NCBI RefSeq assembly: GCF_006345805.1
Contig: NC_043000.1
Coordinates: forward strand, 33,170,001 to 33,234,000
DNA: 64,000 bases
Direction of reading: 5' to 3'
Origin: Octopus sinensis
Taxonomy: Eukaryota
Shown: positions 1 through 12,393 of the stretch, in pieces
How the letters are laid out: every line of letters begins with the position of its first letter
How positions within the stretch are numbered: the stretch's first letter is position 1
Translations under genes and position numbers: made by a program
Notes under the pieces: generated by a model
What the model was told of the DNA's origin: nothing
What the model saw: only the letters and a program-made list of their open reading frames with translations
Databases searched by the model: none

Positions 1-1501
1 TACACTTGTTCAGTTTTTCATAACCTATCGTAAAACGACCTCATTGGTTTTATTCTTTAGTGAGGAGGAACGAAGTGTACCATGGCGTTGGTAGGGGGCG
101 CTCAGATAGTTCTGTATGATCTGACTACTGTCTTATTGATCATGTCTCTATGACCTTTAAGGTCACTGTTACTATGACTTCATTAGTGTCTCAATTATCA
201 CTGTCACCATAATTTCTCTCTCTCTTTCCTTCTCTCTCTGACCTTACAACTATTTCGTTGACGTTGGCCATAAGATAATACAAATATCGATCACTTCTCA
301 ATCAATTCTGATTCTTCCATTTATGATAAACCTGCTTTATCGTCCCTGGAACTTCTCCATTCCGCTTAAGTCTTTACTTGTCTTCAAAAGATCCTTTCGG
401 TTTTTAAAATATTTTAAAAATATCATAAAGGAAAGTAAAAGTTGCATCCATCTGGATTGCTAGGACAACGGACAAACAACAGCATGAGTGGTTCGGGCCC
501 AGACATTGTCTTTGTTTTATATCCATGAGCAAAATAGTGGCTCACAACGTCTGGCTGTAAGTAGGCACCACCGTGTATTAGGGACCAGAAATGTGTCAAC
601 AGAATTACAAAACTGACGATTTTTTTATGACTTGAGTTCATGACTTGTCATGAGAAGTAATCTGAGGTAGACCCACGGCCTACCATTGGGGTAGATTTCT
701 TTAATCCACTGAAATAAAGGATCGAACCAGGAGATTACAGATGACCGTTAAAGTGTAGGGTTTTTTTGTAACGTAATGAAAGCAGTAAAACGCTAAACTA
801 GAAATAATGTAACGATGCAAAAAAAAAAAAAAAAAACCAACCAGTTTTAATTAATAACTAATAAAACTAATAAGTTCAAGACTGAAGAAAGCAACTTCAG
901 TCTTATTTTGCTATCATTTGCACCTCGAAACCGAGCCATTGTCTTTGACTGTATTTACCAAAATACTGATTAGATAATCATAAAGTAAACGTACAGGATT
1001 GCAATATTGGTTGGTGGAGGAACATGGAAATATTTAGAGAAGTGATAGCATGAGGTTGGCAGAATCAAAGGAATGGTTAGTTTATTCAACTGATTAGAAG
1101 TTACTTTTAAATATGCAGCGGTTAGAATTCCTCATATTGCAGCAATACTACAGCTCGCTTTTCAAAGAAATCGTACATTAAAATTGTATGTGTATGTGTG
1201 TGTGTATGTATGTATGCATGAAGCTAAGGTTTATTTTACCAATGCAGAAACCGGTCCACGTGAGTCCAAATACTTAAATGTATGTTAGTAGATTGACTTA
1301 ACCTGATTTTGCCTTCTTTTAATTTCTGTAGTTTTCATCAGTGTATTTTTGGCGATTTAATAAGAGTTTTGACTGTTATTTCAAGCAGGTAGACATATTT
1401 AGTATGTCCTTTGATTAATTTTAATCCCTCGGCTATTTAATGCTATTTTTGGGCCTGCTATCACCTGTGTCATTGATTCTGTATATATATATATATACAC
1501 A

Positions 1502-2060
1502 CACTAGCAGAAAGATCGCCATCCGGGCAGTTTTCTGCTTGTCAAACCTGGAGTGTGCGTCGCTTTACATTAGAGAGACAGTGTGTGGGTGAGTGTGTGT
1601 GTGTGAATGAGAGAGGGGGAGAACATTGCAAAAATGAATGAAATCAACAAGAAATGAAAAACTATAAAACAAAAGCTAGTTAAAAACTACCTTCTGCCAA
1701 ATTTTTAAATTTGTGAATTTGAAATATTCAATAATAAAAGGAAGTAAAGAAAGTAAATTTTCCTGAAGACTTCAATTTATAAAAAAATCTCACTTTCTTA
1801 GTAAATATTTCTTTCGGTAATTTATCGTAATTTATCGCCACTTTAAACAAACTTCAAGGTTTAGCGAGCTAGAAATAGCAGCGATCATATAGTTATTATT
1901 GTAAGGCTTATAGCGTTCCAAACAGTCATACTAACAAAATTACTTCTAAATTTCTTTTATTAAATATTATACTGGTATATCAAAAAATTTTCATTTTATC
2001 AAAAATAAACCACAAAATTATCCAGCTATTTTTTTTAATAGCATTCATTCATTCATTCAA
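1502..2060 (-). mobile_element. Helitron-like non-autonomous element (3' end at 1502), degenerate
   Basis: The plus strand begins actagcag, the reverse complement of the ctgctagt terminus seen at 43181-43189 and 54408-54416, and abuts a (TA)n/(CA)n run. The internal boundary is uncertain. Confidence 0.4.
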
Positions 2061-2803
2061 TAAATAGTTTTTGTTTTTACATTACATATATAGAATGAAC
2101 TGTGGGTGTTTCAAATAGCGAATTTAAACTTGAAAAGAAAAGGTTGAAATGAATATATATTAAATTATCATTAATGAAAATAGAGGCGAGGGAGAGTGAG
2201 GAACCGTTACAAATGAAAATGGAAAATTTCGCCCGCAACGAACAAATATTGTTTATTAAATCAACTCTGCAGTGAATGTAAGGAATATCTAAATTTATGA
2301 AAAACTTGTAGTTCAAATATTCAATAACCTTCAGAATCGAAATTACAAGAAATTTCTTGGAGCATAAATTTATAAAAAAATTCCAGACGGTCAAGCCTTT
2401 AATAAGTGTTTTCTTTTAATAACTGTTACATACCTAATTAATAAGCAGCTTTCTCCATTATAATATACATATATATATGAATATTATACAGTCACACACA
2501 CACACACACACCACACACACACACACAACACACACACACACACACCACACACACACACACACGCAAACACACATATCAGCAATTAAAATTACCTGTGTGA
2601 GGCATTCCTCTTGGTTCCGTCTTGCAAATTGACCAAATATTTGTGTTTAGTATTCTGAAAAATTATTAAAACAAAAACATAACATTTTAACAATTATATT
2701 TCAAACTATGATTATATAAACAGACATTCTAGCTTAAAAAACGTAAAACTATGTCAAAGGAAAATCTTCAAAGTCAGAAGTAATTTCCAATACATATTTA
2801 TAT

Positions 2804-2848
<45 letters not shown>

Positions 2849-2929
2849 ATATATATATACACATATATACATATACACACATATATATATATACACACAT
2901 ACATGTACCTATATACATACAGATATACT

Positions 2930-3267
2930 CATGTATGTCATTATTCAGGTCTATTTCAAGATTGTTTGCCAATAAAGAAAGAACCGGTTTTGAACCTAGA
3001 TCCAAGGCTCCTTCATTGGAATTTCATCATCAGCAACAGGGTATTTTTGTATGCGTGTATGCATGTTTATGTGCAGATTTGTATGTTTTGTTCTATGTAT
3101 GTATTCTCATGCATATAGTTAGATATCTAGACATGCTCATATATATATCTAAATGATAAACTTCTGGAAAGTTTTACAGATTTTTACAGTTCCAGTGATG
3201 GATTGGATCTGTAGTCTTCGAATTTCCTGTCTCCTTTCTGGTTTTGAGAAGTCCAATTTCTTAAGAA

Positions 3268-3268
<1 letters not shown>
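2930..3268 (-). mobile_element. R4-clade LINE 3' end (last codons + 3' UTR), short copy
   Basis: Homologous to 3372-3760, sharing gaaagaaccggtttYgaacctagatccaag and aaatgataaacttctggaaagtttta. Flanked by TA microsatellites. Confidence 0.75.
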
Positions 3269-3348
<80 letters not shown>

Positions 3349-3371
3349 CATTATATAAGAAATATATATAT

Positions 3372-3488
3372 GTATGTCATTATTCAATTTATTTCAAGAT
3401 TTTTTGAAAATGAAGAAAGAACCGGTTTCGAACCTAGATCCAAGTCTCCATTGAAATTTCAACATCAACAACAGGGAATTTTTGTATG

Positions 3489-3536
<48 letters not shown>

Positions 3537-4215
3537 TGTATGTATGTATGTATGTATGTATGCATGCATGCACAGATTTGTATATTTTATGTGTGTATTC
3601 CCATGCATATAGTTGCATATCTAGACATTCTCATATATATATTTAAATGATAAACTTCTGGAAAGTTTTATAGATTTTTACAGTTTCAGTGATGGACTGA
3701 GTCTGTATTCTTCGAATTAGCTTTCTCCTTTCTGGTTTTGAGACGCCTAAAATCTCAAGATTTGTACTTAGGCAGGGTGTTACATATCCCAGGGACCCAA
3801 TAATTACAGGTATAAACCTGAACTTGTAATCTGGATAGAGTAACTGCAGATTTCTCAATAGTTCAGCGTAGGTATTCTCTTTTTCACTGATATTCAGCTT
3901 TATGCTAACATCCGCTGGTCATTTGGTTTCCACAACTGTGCTCAGTTTCTCTTCTCTATCCCAGATCATTATATCAGGTCTGTTGTGCTTACATTTTATT
4001 GAGGTATTCACTGGGACATTCCGCCAGTATTCCTTTTTATTATGATTGGCTATGGCTTCTTCCATATTGTGGGTTCTTATTTCTTTGTCCTTGGGGTTAT
4101 CCTTCCTATGGATTTCATTATTGAGTGTCCTAGCTACAACATCATGTCTCATCGGTAGATAATACCGTGCTGACATTTTCGGACAACTGCTTATGATGTG
4201 GGTGATATCTTCGGT
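3372..4215 (-). mobile_element. 5'-truncated R4/Dong-clade non-LTR retrotransposon with a restriction-like endonuclease (RLE) C-terminus
   Basis: Minus-strand frames read EDITHIISSC (end of the CCHC knuckle), RHDVVART, NRPDIMIWDREEK (RLE PD motif) and IPVIIGSLG, in the order typical of R4-clade ORF ends. Frameshifted. Confidence 0.88.
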
Positions 4216-4437
4216 GTGTGTATGTATGTATGATATATATATGCATACAAGATCCTACATAGCGCTTATAGTGTATAGCAAATGATTATAGAGCCCGAAT
4301 ATGTTGTGGGTGAAACATACGAAAGACTGTGTAGGAAGGTGAGACGACATTGAATTAAGAGGTCAAAGACCGTTATCATGTGACCGGAAATTAGCCACTG
4401 ATTGAAGAGTGGCGAAAAGAAAGAACGTAAATAAATA

Positions 4438-4468
<31 letters not shown>

Positions 4469-4571
4469 GAAGAAAGAAAGAAAGAAAATAAGAAAGAAAG
4501 AAAGCTGAATGTATGTACTGATGGATTTCCCGAGAAAAAGCGAGAAAGACAAAAGGAGAATGAGAGTGGGC

Positions 4572-4623
<52 letters not shown>

Positions 4624-4629
4624 AGATAC

Positions 4630-4673
<44 letters not shown>

Positions 4674-5255
4674 TGGAAGGAAAGAAGATGAGAAAGGAAA
4701 TACGTTGCTTCTGCAGTTTCGTTGGAACTGAAATTTTCAAGTGAACCAAATTTGCTGGCGTCGTTATGAATCTTTGCCGAAGAGTCGATATTGTGTTGCC
4801 ATGTACAACGTATTGGTGTCGCTTATTAACATATTCAGCTGTCGCTGCCTCAGACCATTTGATCATAAAGTGACATAACACGACATGACGCTCTTACATC
4901 ATCGATCACGTCATGGTAGACGAATGAATTACCTTTTGTCCTGGAAAAAGGTATTATGGACAAACATCACAATGGTTAAGTGGTGATCTCCATATAAGGC
5001 TAAACAGTGTATGACTTTTCATTCATCGACATAACCGTTTCACATAATTTAGCTCCCTATGTTTTCCAAATTACATAAATCTCCCTATTTTTTAAGGAAA
5101 TCCAGATTGTAAAATCTACGACACAGATATCTGCTGTTGTGTGCTGTTGGTTTTTAGGTAAAAGGCGATGAACTTCGAAAAACACCCCCACCTAAATACA
5201 ATATCATATCATAAACAAAGCTTATCTCTAAGCTTTTGTCTAAAAATATATTTAT

Positions 5256-6084
5256 CGTAATAGCAATAATCCATGGATGGAATTTATAAATATTTTAATG
5301 CATCACAACGCGCGTTTCCATAAATCACATATTTCTTACGATCGTAGTCTGTATTCCTGGGTTGATTACAGGACAGTCCGTAGTATTCATGGACATCGGG
5401 TGGATCATGTTCATGTATTCATTTCCTCAGGCGATATAGCATTCACGTTGAAAGCAGCGAATGTATAACTGAAGGCTGTTTATCAATTTTCATTAATGAA
5501 AAGGTTGCTTAGGGTATGTGGGTAGTTCTGTGTGTATTTGGTGGGGAAGAGTAGAAGGTGATGGAAAGAGAGAAAGGAACGGTAGTGATAAAGGAGAGGG
5601 AAGAGTGTGAGGTGATGGTAAACTTGTTTTGATATTTGTGTATGCAGATGGTGTGACTAAGGTCAAACCGGTGAACTATTCTATCCGTCCTGACATCTGC
5701 ATACATAAATACCAAAACTAGTCTAACATTACCACACACTCTTCTCTCTCCTTTATCAAGACCGTTCTTTTCTCTCCTTCCATCACGCCCACCCCCATCA
5801 AATTCCCACAGAACTACCCACATACCCCAATCAACCTTTTCATTGGTGAAAATTGATAAACAACCTTCAGTCACACATTTGTTGCTTCCAACGTGAATGC
5901 CGTATCGCCTGAGGAAATGAATAATGAACGTGATCCACCCAATGTCTATGGCTGTTACGGACTGTACTGTAGTCATCCCATGAATACGGATTACGATCGT
6001 AAGAAACATGCGATTTGTGGAAATATGCGAAGCGATGCATTAAAATGCTTATAAATTTCATTCACGAATTATTATTGTTATTAC
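5256..6084. repeat. Long imperfect inverted repeat / foldback element (~390-bp arms, ~45-nt loop)
   Basis: 5256-5650 is the reverse complement of 5694-6084 (e.g. ttttaatgcatc/gatgcattaaaa, ttcttacgatcgta/tacgatcgtaagaa, gtatgcagatg/catctgcatac). ORFs 5277..5468(+) and 5867..6061(-) are mutually homologous. Confidence 0.9.
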
Positions 6085-6574
6085 TATACTTATCCTACAG
6101 TATATCAGCTCAGCTTGGTACAACCCTACAAAACAGCTATTGTTAGTCGGTATCATTAGGCTGTAGCTGGCATAATCAAATGGAAGCTTATATATATATA
6201 TTCAAAACGAACTTTTCCTTAAAAGAACTTAAAAGACAGACAGAAGGGATGTTCTTGAGGACGAGAATTTCAAACTTACGGAAACAATATTTACATATCG
6301 CCTGAGGAAACACAACTAGATCTCATAATGCAGAGAAACAGTTGCATAATCAAGTACCTGCACTCTGTTGCGTGGAAACAATTGTAGTGATTAAAAAATA
6401 AATGTCCAACCATACCCCTTCTTGTTGACTCTAATTTTTTCAATTATCCATTCGCACACGACAAATGCAAACCTGGAGGCACGTATAATACTACGACTGG
6501 ATAGCACAGGGTGAAATCTGAAGGTGGACAAGCTTAATACTCTACTCTATTACTTTCTTACATAAATATATATA

Positions 6575-6607
<33 letters not shown>

Positions 6608-6611
6608 ATAG

Positions 6612-6692
6612 TTATGGACAAGAGAATAGGAGAAAGACAGAAGAGAAGAGGGGAGAGTGAATCGTCCTGGAATATTCCAAGATAAAAACAAA
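6612..6692 (-). mobile_element. Isolated LINE reverse-transcriptase fragment (R4-like)
   Basis: Minus frame reads GIFQDDSLSPLLFCL, close to the RT motif GIFQGDSLSPLLFCL. Confidence 0.65.
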
Positions 6693-7235
6693 AGAAAGAA
6701 AAAGAATATATATATATATATTTGTATACAGGTAAGTGATATTCCGTTAAGAGCATTATTATAGAAAACAAAATACAAACACATCGGGTGAAAAAGGTTC
6801 CCTATAGTTAAACGAGGCATAAAGGTTAATGACTAACGGTGAACTCTTTCTTTGGATTAAATATAATCGGATAATTAATGGTTAATCCGCGTTTCGAGGG
6901 AAAACTCTCTGAAATGATTATCGAACGGAAAAGAATATATTTCAAGCAAAACTTTTTTCTAAAGGCGGATCGACAGCATCCAACCAGAACGAAATAGGAT
7001 AATTCTAAAGGTTAACTAATTTACTGACTAACTAAATGAACACTTAAAATCGAGTTGCATTTTCATGGGTGTCGGCTCCTTAGACAAATATGGTTGTGAG
7101 ATTTTGGTGGCGAATTTTAGTCTGTAGAAAATGTAGAACTGGCACCAGGAATATAGTAACATATTTACACACACACTCATATATATGTATTCACACACAT
7201 ACACATTTGTATGTAAATTCATATTTAAGTACTTT

Positions 7236-7306
<71 letters not shown>

Positions 7307-7309
<3 letters not shown>

Positions 7310-7681
7310 TGGAGGCCCAGTCGTTAGAGCAGCGGACCTGCGGTTATAGGATCGTGGTTTCGATTGCAAGACGGGCGTTGTGAGTGTTTATTGAGCGAAA
7401 ACACCTAAAGCTCCACGAGGTCCCTGCAGGGGTGAAGTAGCGAACCCTGCAGTACTCTTTCACCACGACTTTCTCTCACTCTTTCTTCCTGCTTCTGTTG
7501 TACCTGTATTTCAAAGGTCCACCTTGTCACTTTCTGTGTCACGCTGAATTTCCCCGAGAACTACGTTAAAGGTATACATGTCTGTGGAGTGCTCAGCCAC
7601 TTGCACGTTAATTTCACAAGCAGGCTGTTCCGTTGATCGGATCAACTGGAACCTTCGTCGCCGTAACTGACGGAGTGCTAC

Positions 7682-7682
<1 letters not shown>
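7307..7682 (+). mobile_element. tRNA-derived SINE, family C
   Basis: tRNA-like head (gttagagcagcggac ... ggtttcgattgc). The homologous head and body occur inverted at 13720-13918. Confidence 0.8.
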
Positions 7683-7723
<41 letters not shown>

Positions 7724-7998
7724 GGAGAAAAGAAAGAGACGGTCTCATTGATATTTAAAACAAAAATTTTCCTGCAGCTGTTTCTATAATGTGTAACAGT
7801 TAACCAAATAAGAATTAAATAATTAGTTATTGTTGTTATTTGATTAATTTAGATGAATGTGGTGTGGAAATAATTTTATCAGAAAAGTTTTTGAAATATG
7901 AAAGTCAAATCACCGTTACTGGTATAACAAAATGTATATAAATGAAAATATACATAGTAAAAACTAACATAGTAATATCTATTATATGTATCTATTTA

Positions 7999-8430
7999 CA
8001 GGGGTTCGACAAAATAATGGAAACACCTAGCATCATAGCATCATAATTTTGAAATATCTATAAAAGCGTCAAAAGCTTGTTTATTTTAATGTTTGTTTTT
8101 TAAAAACCTATTATTAGTGTTGCTTAATATGTTTTGCTAAAATTGCTGTTTTTTTTTCAGATATCATCAGAAAAAGGAAATTAAAATTCATTAAAATGAC
8201 AGATCTATCGGACTTTCAAACAGGTCAAATTGTTGGTGCTCGTATGGCAGGCGCTAGCGTAATGAAAACAGCCGATATGTTTTTGTATCAGGAAGTACTG
8301 TCTCAAAAGTAACAATAGCTTTGAAAAACCTCCTCGTTGAAACAAAACTCTGGAAGAAAGCCAAAAACTTTGAGATAGGGACCGTCGGACTCTTACGCGA
8401 ATTGTTAGAAAGAATAACAAAAGCTACCGT
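7999..8430 (+). mobile_element. Tc1 DNA transposon, 5' fragment
   Basis: TA|CAGGGGTTCGACAAAATAATGGAAACACC left end and MTDLSDFQTGQIVGARMAG transposase start. Same family as 55067-56070. Confidence 0.85.
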
Positions 8431-9509
8431 AGAAGACATATTTTGCCAAGGCTCCATCGATTGGGATTTGGTCTTGGAACCGCGTTATTCCGAAGCGAAC
8501 CTTTTAAATCACATAATTGCTCCTATCACATCACTTTTTCCCCTCCCTCTATATAATCTGATTCCCACTTCCTCACATCGCCTATAAAAGCTGTCGTCTG
8601 CTGGGGAAACGAGAGGTTTGTTAAGGAAACTGCAGGAGTATGTGAGGAGATCGTTAATAAATATTATTCCTGGATATTTGCTATGATAAGGAGGTGGGGG
8701 CTATGGGCGTGGTAGACCCCCAGGGTTGAGGTCATCAGGGGTGAGATTTTGTAAGGATCAACTGGGAATGGGGAAGCGATAACAAATGAAAAAAAAAAGG
8801 GAAAAAAAATGCGTTTGGCAATAAATATTTATTTCTAATTAAATGTCTGCGATGATATGTGTGTATACAGGATGCATATATACCTGTATGCGCGTGTGTG
8901 TATGTACTTGTGTATGCATGGGTATACGCAGAGGTGCCAGGGCTGTTAATTGAACATCGTTTAATATGACATACAGGACAAGTGTCTACGCACCTATGTT
9001 ATACATATATACGCACACACAAACACACTCACTCACGTGTGTACATAAATATAAACAAATCGACACTCGCGTGTTGTCCGTGAATGTGTACATGCATATA
9101 AGCATGTATATATATATATATATATATATATATGAATATGTATGTGTGTGTATATATATATATACACACACAGACATATTTATGATGGCTTCCCAACATA
9201 GCTATAGCCTTAGGCAGAAACCGATTAAAGAATACATATGTGTGTGTATAATTACGTGTATTTGAGTCAGAGGTTAGACAACCATCTAAGGGATAATAAA
9301 TACCCAATATACTACTGGAGGGATACCTATCTATATTCAAAGGCTTACTGTGTTGCAAGGCAATGGTACGATTGAATAATAGGTACAAGTAGGGGTGAAC
9401 AAATGTTTATCCAGAATTTATAAGGCAAAGAAGAAAACGGAGAAGAGATTCAATTGACAAACATCAACAAGATCTGTTTATTACAATCATAGGAATAAAT
9501 AAATACAAC

Positions 9510-9855
9510 TATATAGATAGATAGATAGGTATGTATATATACATAGATAGATATATACATACGCATATACATACGCATATATATATATATATACATACAT
9601 ATATATATATATACATACATATGCATATATATACATATACACATATATATATGCATATATACATACATATATACATACATATATACATACATATACATAT
9701 ATATATACCTATATATATATATATACATACATATACATATATATATATACATATACATATATATACATATATATATATACATACATATACATATACATAC
9801 ATACATATACATATATATATACTACATATACATATATATATATACATACATATAC

Positions 9856-9890
<35 letters not shown>

Positions 9891-10050
9891 CACATACATA
9901 CATATACATACATACATATACATACATACATATACATAGATATATATATATATATATCTATATATATATATATATATACGTACATATATATATATATACG
10001 TACATATATACATATATACATACATATATATATATGTATGCATGTATATA
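9510..10050. repeat. Compound (TA)n/(TACA)n/(TATACA)n microsatellite
   Basis: Visible directly; it explains the YI/HI-rich pseudo-ORFs. Confidence 0.97.
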
Positions 10051-10139
10051 TATTAAAGTGTCTTGTCGGGTAAGGCCGGAACAAACCGAGAAGATATAAA
10101 GAAAACTACACAAAAGAAAAGAGAAAAAAAAGAGCAGAA

Positions 10140-10290
10140 AGTTGTAGTTTTACGTTATATTTCTGTATTTCGAGGCTGTGACTCCTTCTATCTGAGTAAC
10201 GACCATTTTCCATCCTTCGCTTTTCAACCTCCTGAAGAAGGGCTCATAGCCTCGAATAATAGAAATATAAGTTAAAACTGCAAATTTGTT
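10140..10290. mobile_element. PLE pseudo-LTR-like segment with two inverted, degenerate hammerhead-like motifs
   Basis: Plus strand has ctgaagaagggctcatagcctcgaataatagaaatataag (10232-10272). Minus strand has ...agaaggagtcacagcctcgaaatacagaaatataac (10152-10195). Confidence 0.45.
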
Positions 10291-10367
10291 TTGTTTTATT
10301 TTTGTAGTTTACTTTACATTTTCTCGACTTCTTCCAGCTTTACCCAGCGAATCTTTGTAACACCACA

Positions 10368-10406
<39 letters not shown>

Positions 10407-10408
<2 letters not shown>

Positions 10409-10750
10409 GTGAAGGCGCATGGCTCAGGGGTTAGAGTGTCGAGTTTACAATTATGAGGTAGTGAGTTCAATTTCCGGATCAAGCTGTGTGTTGTGTTCTT
10501 GAGCAAGACACTTTATTTCACGTTACTCCAGTTTACTCAGCCGTAGAAATGAGTTGCGACGTCACTGGTGCCAAGCTGTATCGGCCCCTTTGCCTTTCCT
10601 TTGGACAGCATCAGTGGTATGCAGAGGGGAGGCTGGTATGCCCGGGCGACTGCTGGTCTTCCATAAACAAGCTTGTCCCCGGACTTGTACCTTGGAGAGG
10701 AACTTTCTAGTCGCAATCTCATGGTTATTCGTGACCGAAGGGGTTCTTTT
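10407..10750 (+). mobile_element. tRNA-derived CORE-type SINE, family D
   Basis: A box tggctcaggggttagag, B-box-like gagttcaatttcc, CORE-like gtgttcttgagcaagacact...gtagaaatgagt. A second copy lies at 60240-60545 (-). Confidence 0.8.
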
Positions 10751-10753
10751 TTA

Positions 10754-10818
<65 letters not shown>

Positions 10819-11277
10819 GCGTGTATATTATATGCACTTATATATAGAAAACACTTTGTCACTTTGTAGCGCTTATACTCCGAAACCTTTACCGAGGAAC
10901 AAGTCCACGAGGTAACGAGCGGCTACAGGAGGAACCCGGGTGAGCAGATACGAATAAACAAATAAAACTGCTTGGGTTTGATACACAAAATACATGTACA
11001 TACATACATGTAAATACAAAGAAAGCAAAGGCTAAAAATTTTCAGGCGATGAATATTCATGTATAAATATATCGATATTTATATATTAACAGAGCAAACT
11101 TATAAAGTAGCTCCTAACCTCCAGAAAGAGCTGTCGGACTTGCAACACCATATCTTCTACCCTTTATTTTTCTGTGTCTTTGTACACACTTACACAAAGT
11201 ACAGATCATCTGAATATTCATAATCTGAAAGCCTTCAGTCTTAGCTTTCTTTCTATTTACATGTATCCATACATACA

Positions 11278-12103
11278 CAGGGTGCAGTGAATAAACTGTC
11301 GTCTAAATTACGCAAGAATGAAAATAACACTGACATCTCATTTTAACAGATATATTTACCAAAATTGTATAAAAATATCTTGAAATACTAAAGAATAAAC
11401 TTATTCAATAAAATCGCCATTGGCTTTAACCATAGCCTCCAGTCGACTTTGGAATCTCCTGTAACTCTTATGGACAATCTCCTTCTTTAAGTTGGTGAAT
11501 GCTGACATAATCCTTGCTTTTAGTTCATCTTTGGTGTTACAAGGAGTTTTGTTGGTTTCTCGCTCAACTGCACCCCACACATAATAATGAAGGGGGTTGC
11601 AGTCTGGGGAGTTAGGTGACCAGATGTTAGGGATGATGTGGTCAGAGAAATTGTTTGACAGTCATGACTAGGTTCTCCTGCTTAAGTGGCATAATGCAGA
11701 GACTTCATGATCCAGGGCAGCACTTGATGTAGGCCTCTGTGTTGAATCTGAGGCAGTGTGGGAAGATGAATGGAGGAATAATGTCACCATCACTAGTGAT
11801 CACTTCAAATACCATGATGTTGACTGGGTGTTTGATATTTATCACTCTCGGTACATGTCCTCAGATTGACAGCCAAAGACACTAAAATGTTCGTACTGGA
11901 GCTTCCAGTGCGAATGCTAAGCATTACAACATGTCGTTTCCAAATTTCTGGCAGATTGAATTGCGTCATGGTGCTGCATTTCTCACAGACGGTGCCCAAC
12001 TGACCCTACTATACTGTGTAGTCGACAAAATAAAAAAAAACAATGCGCATGCGTAAATTAAAAAACAAACATAAAATAGCGACAATTTACAAATCGCACC
12101 GTG
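11278..12103 (-). mobile_element. Internally deleted maT/DD37D-type Tc1/mariner element
   Basis: Imperfect TIRs (cagggtgcagtgaataaactgtc / gacaatttacaaatcgcaccgtg). Minus frames read MTQFNLPEIWKRH... and the WxPNSPDCNP...YYVWGAVERETNKTPCNTKDEL region. Homologous to 34059-34920. Confidence 0.85.
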
Positions 12104-12147
12104 TACATTTTGTACATCAAACAGTTGTATTTGTTTTATCTGCATCA

Positions 12148-12247
12148 NNNNNNNNNNNNNNNNNNNNNNNNNNNNNNNNNNNNNNNNNNNNNNNNNNNNN
12201 NNNNNNNNNNNNNNNNNNNNNNNNNNNNNNNNNNNNNNNNNNNNNNN
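12148..12247. other. Assembly gap (100 N)
   Basis: A run of exactly 100 N, probably a placeholder of unknown true length. Confidence 0.99.
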
Positions 12248-12305
12248 TTTATATATATATATGTATTTATATATATACCTATAATTTTCATATATGTGTT
12301 GTGTG

Positions 12306-12393
<88 letters not shown>

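Noticed and set aside
431-556. Plus-strand 126-nt open, phase-symmetric exon candidate ending at GTAAGT
   Set aside because: The acceptor lacks a pyrimidine tract, the peptide is unrecognisable, and no partner exons were found.
5277-5468. DHVHVFI resembling the HUH motif of IS200/IS605 TnpA
   Set aside because: The ORF is only 63 aa and has no catalytic Tyr helix. The homologous opposite arm of the foldback frameshifts right after the motif. Most likely chance.
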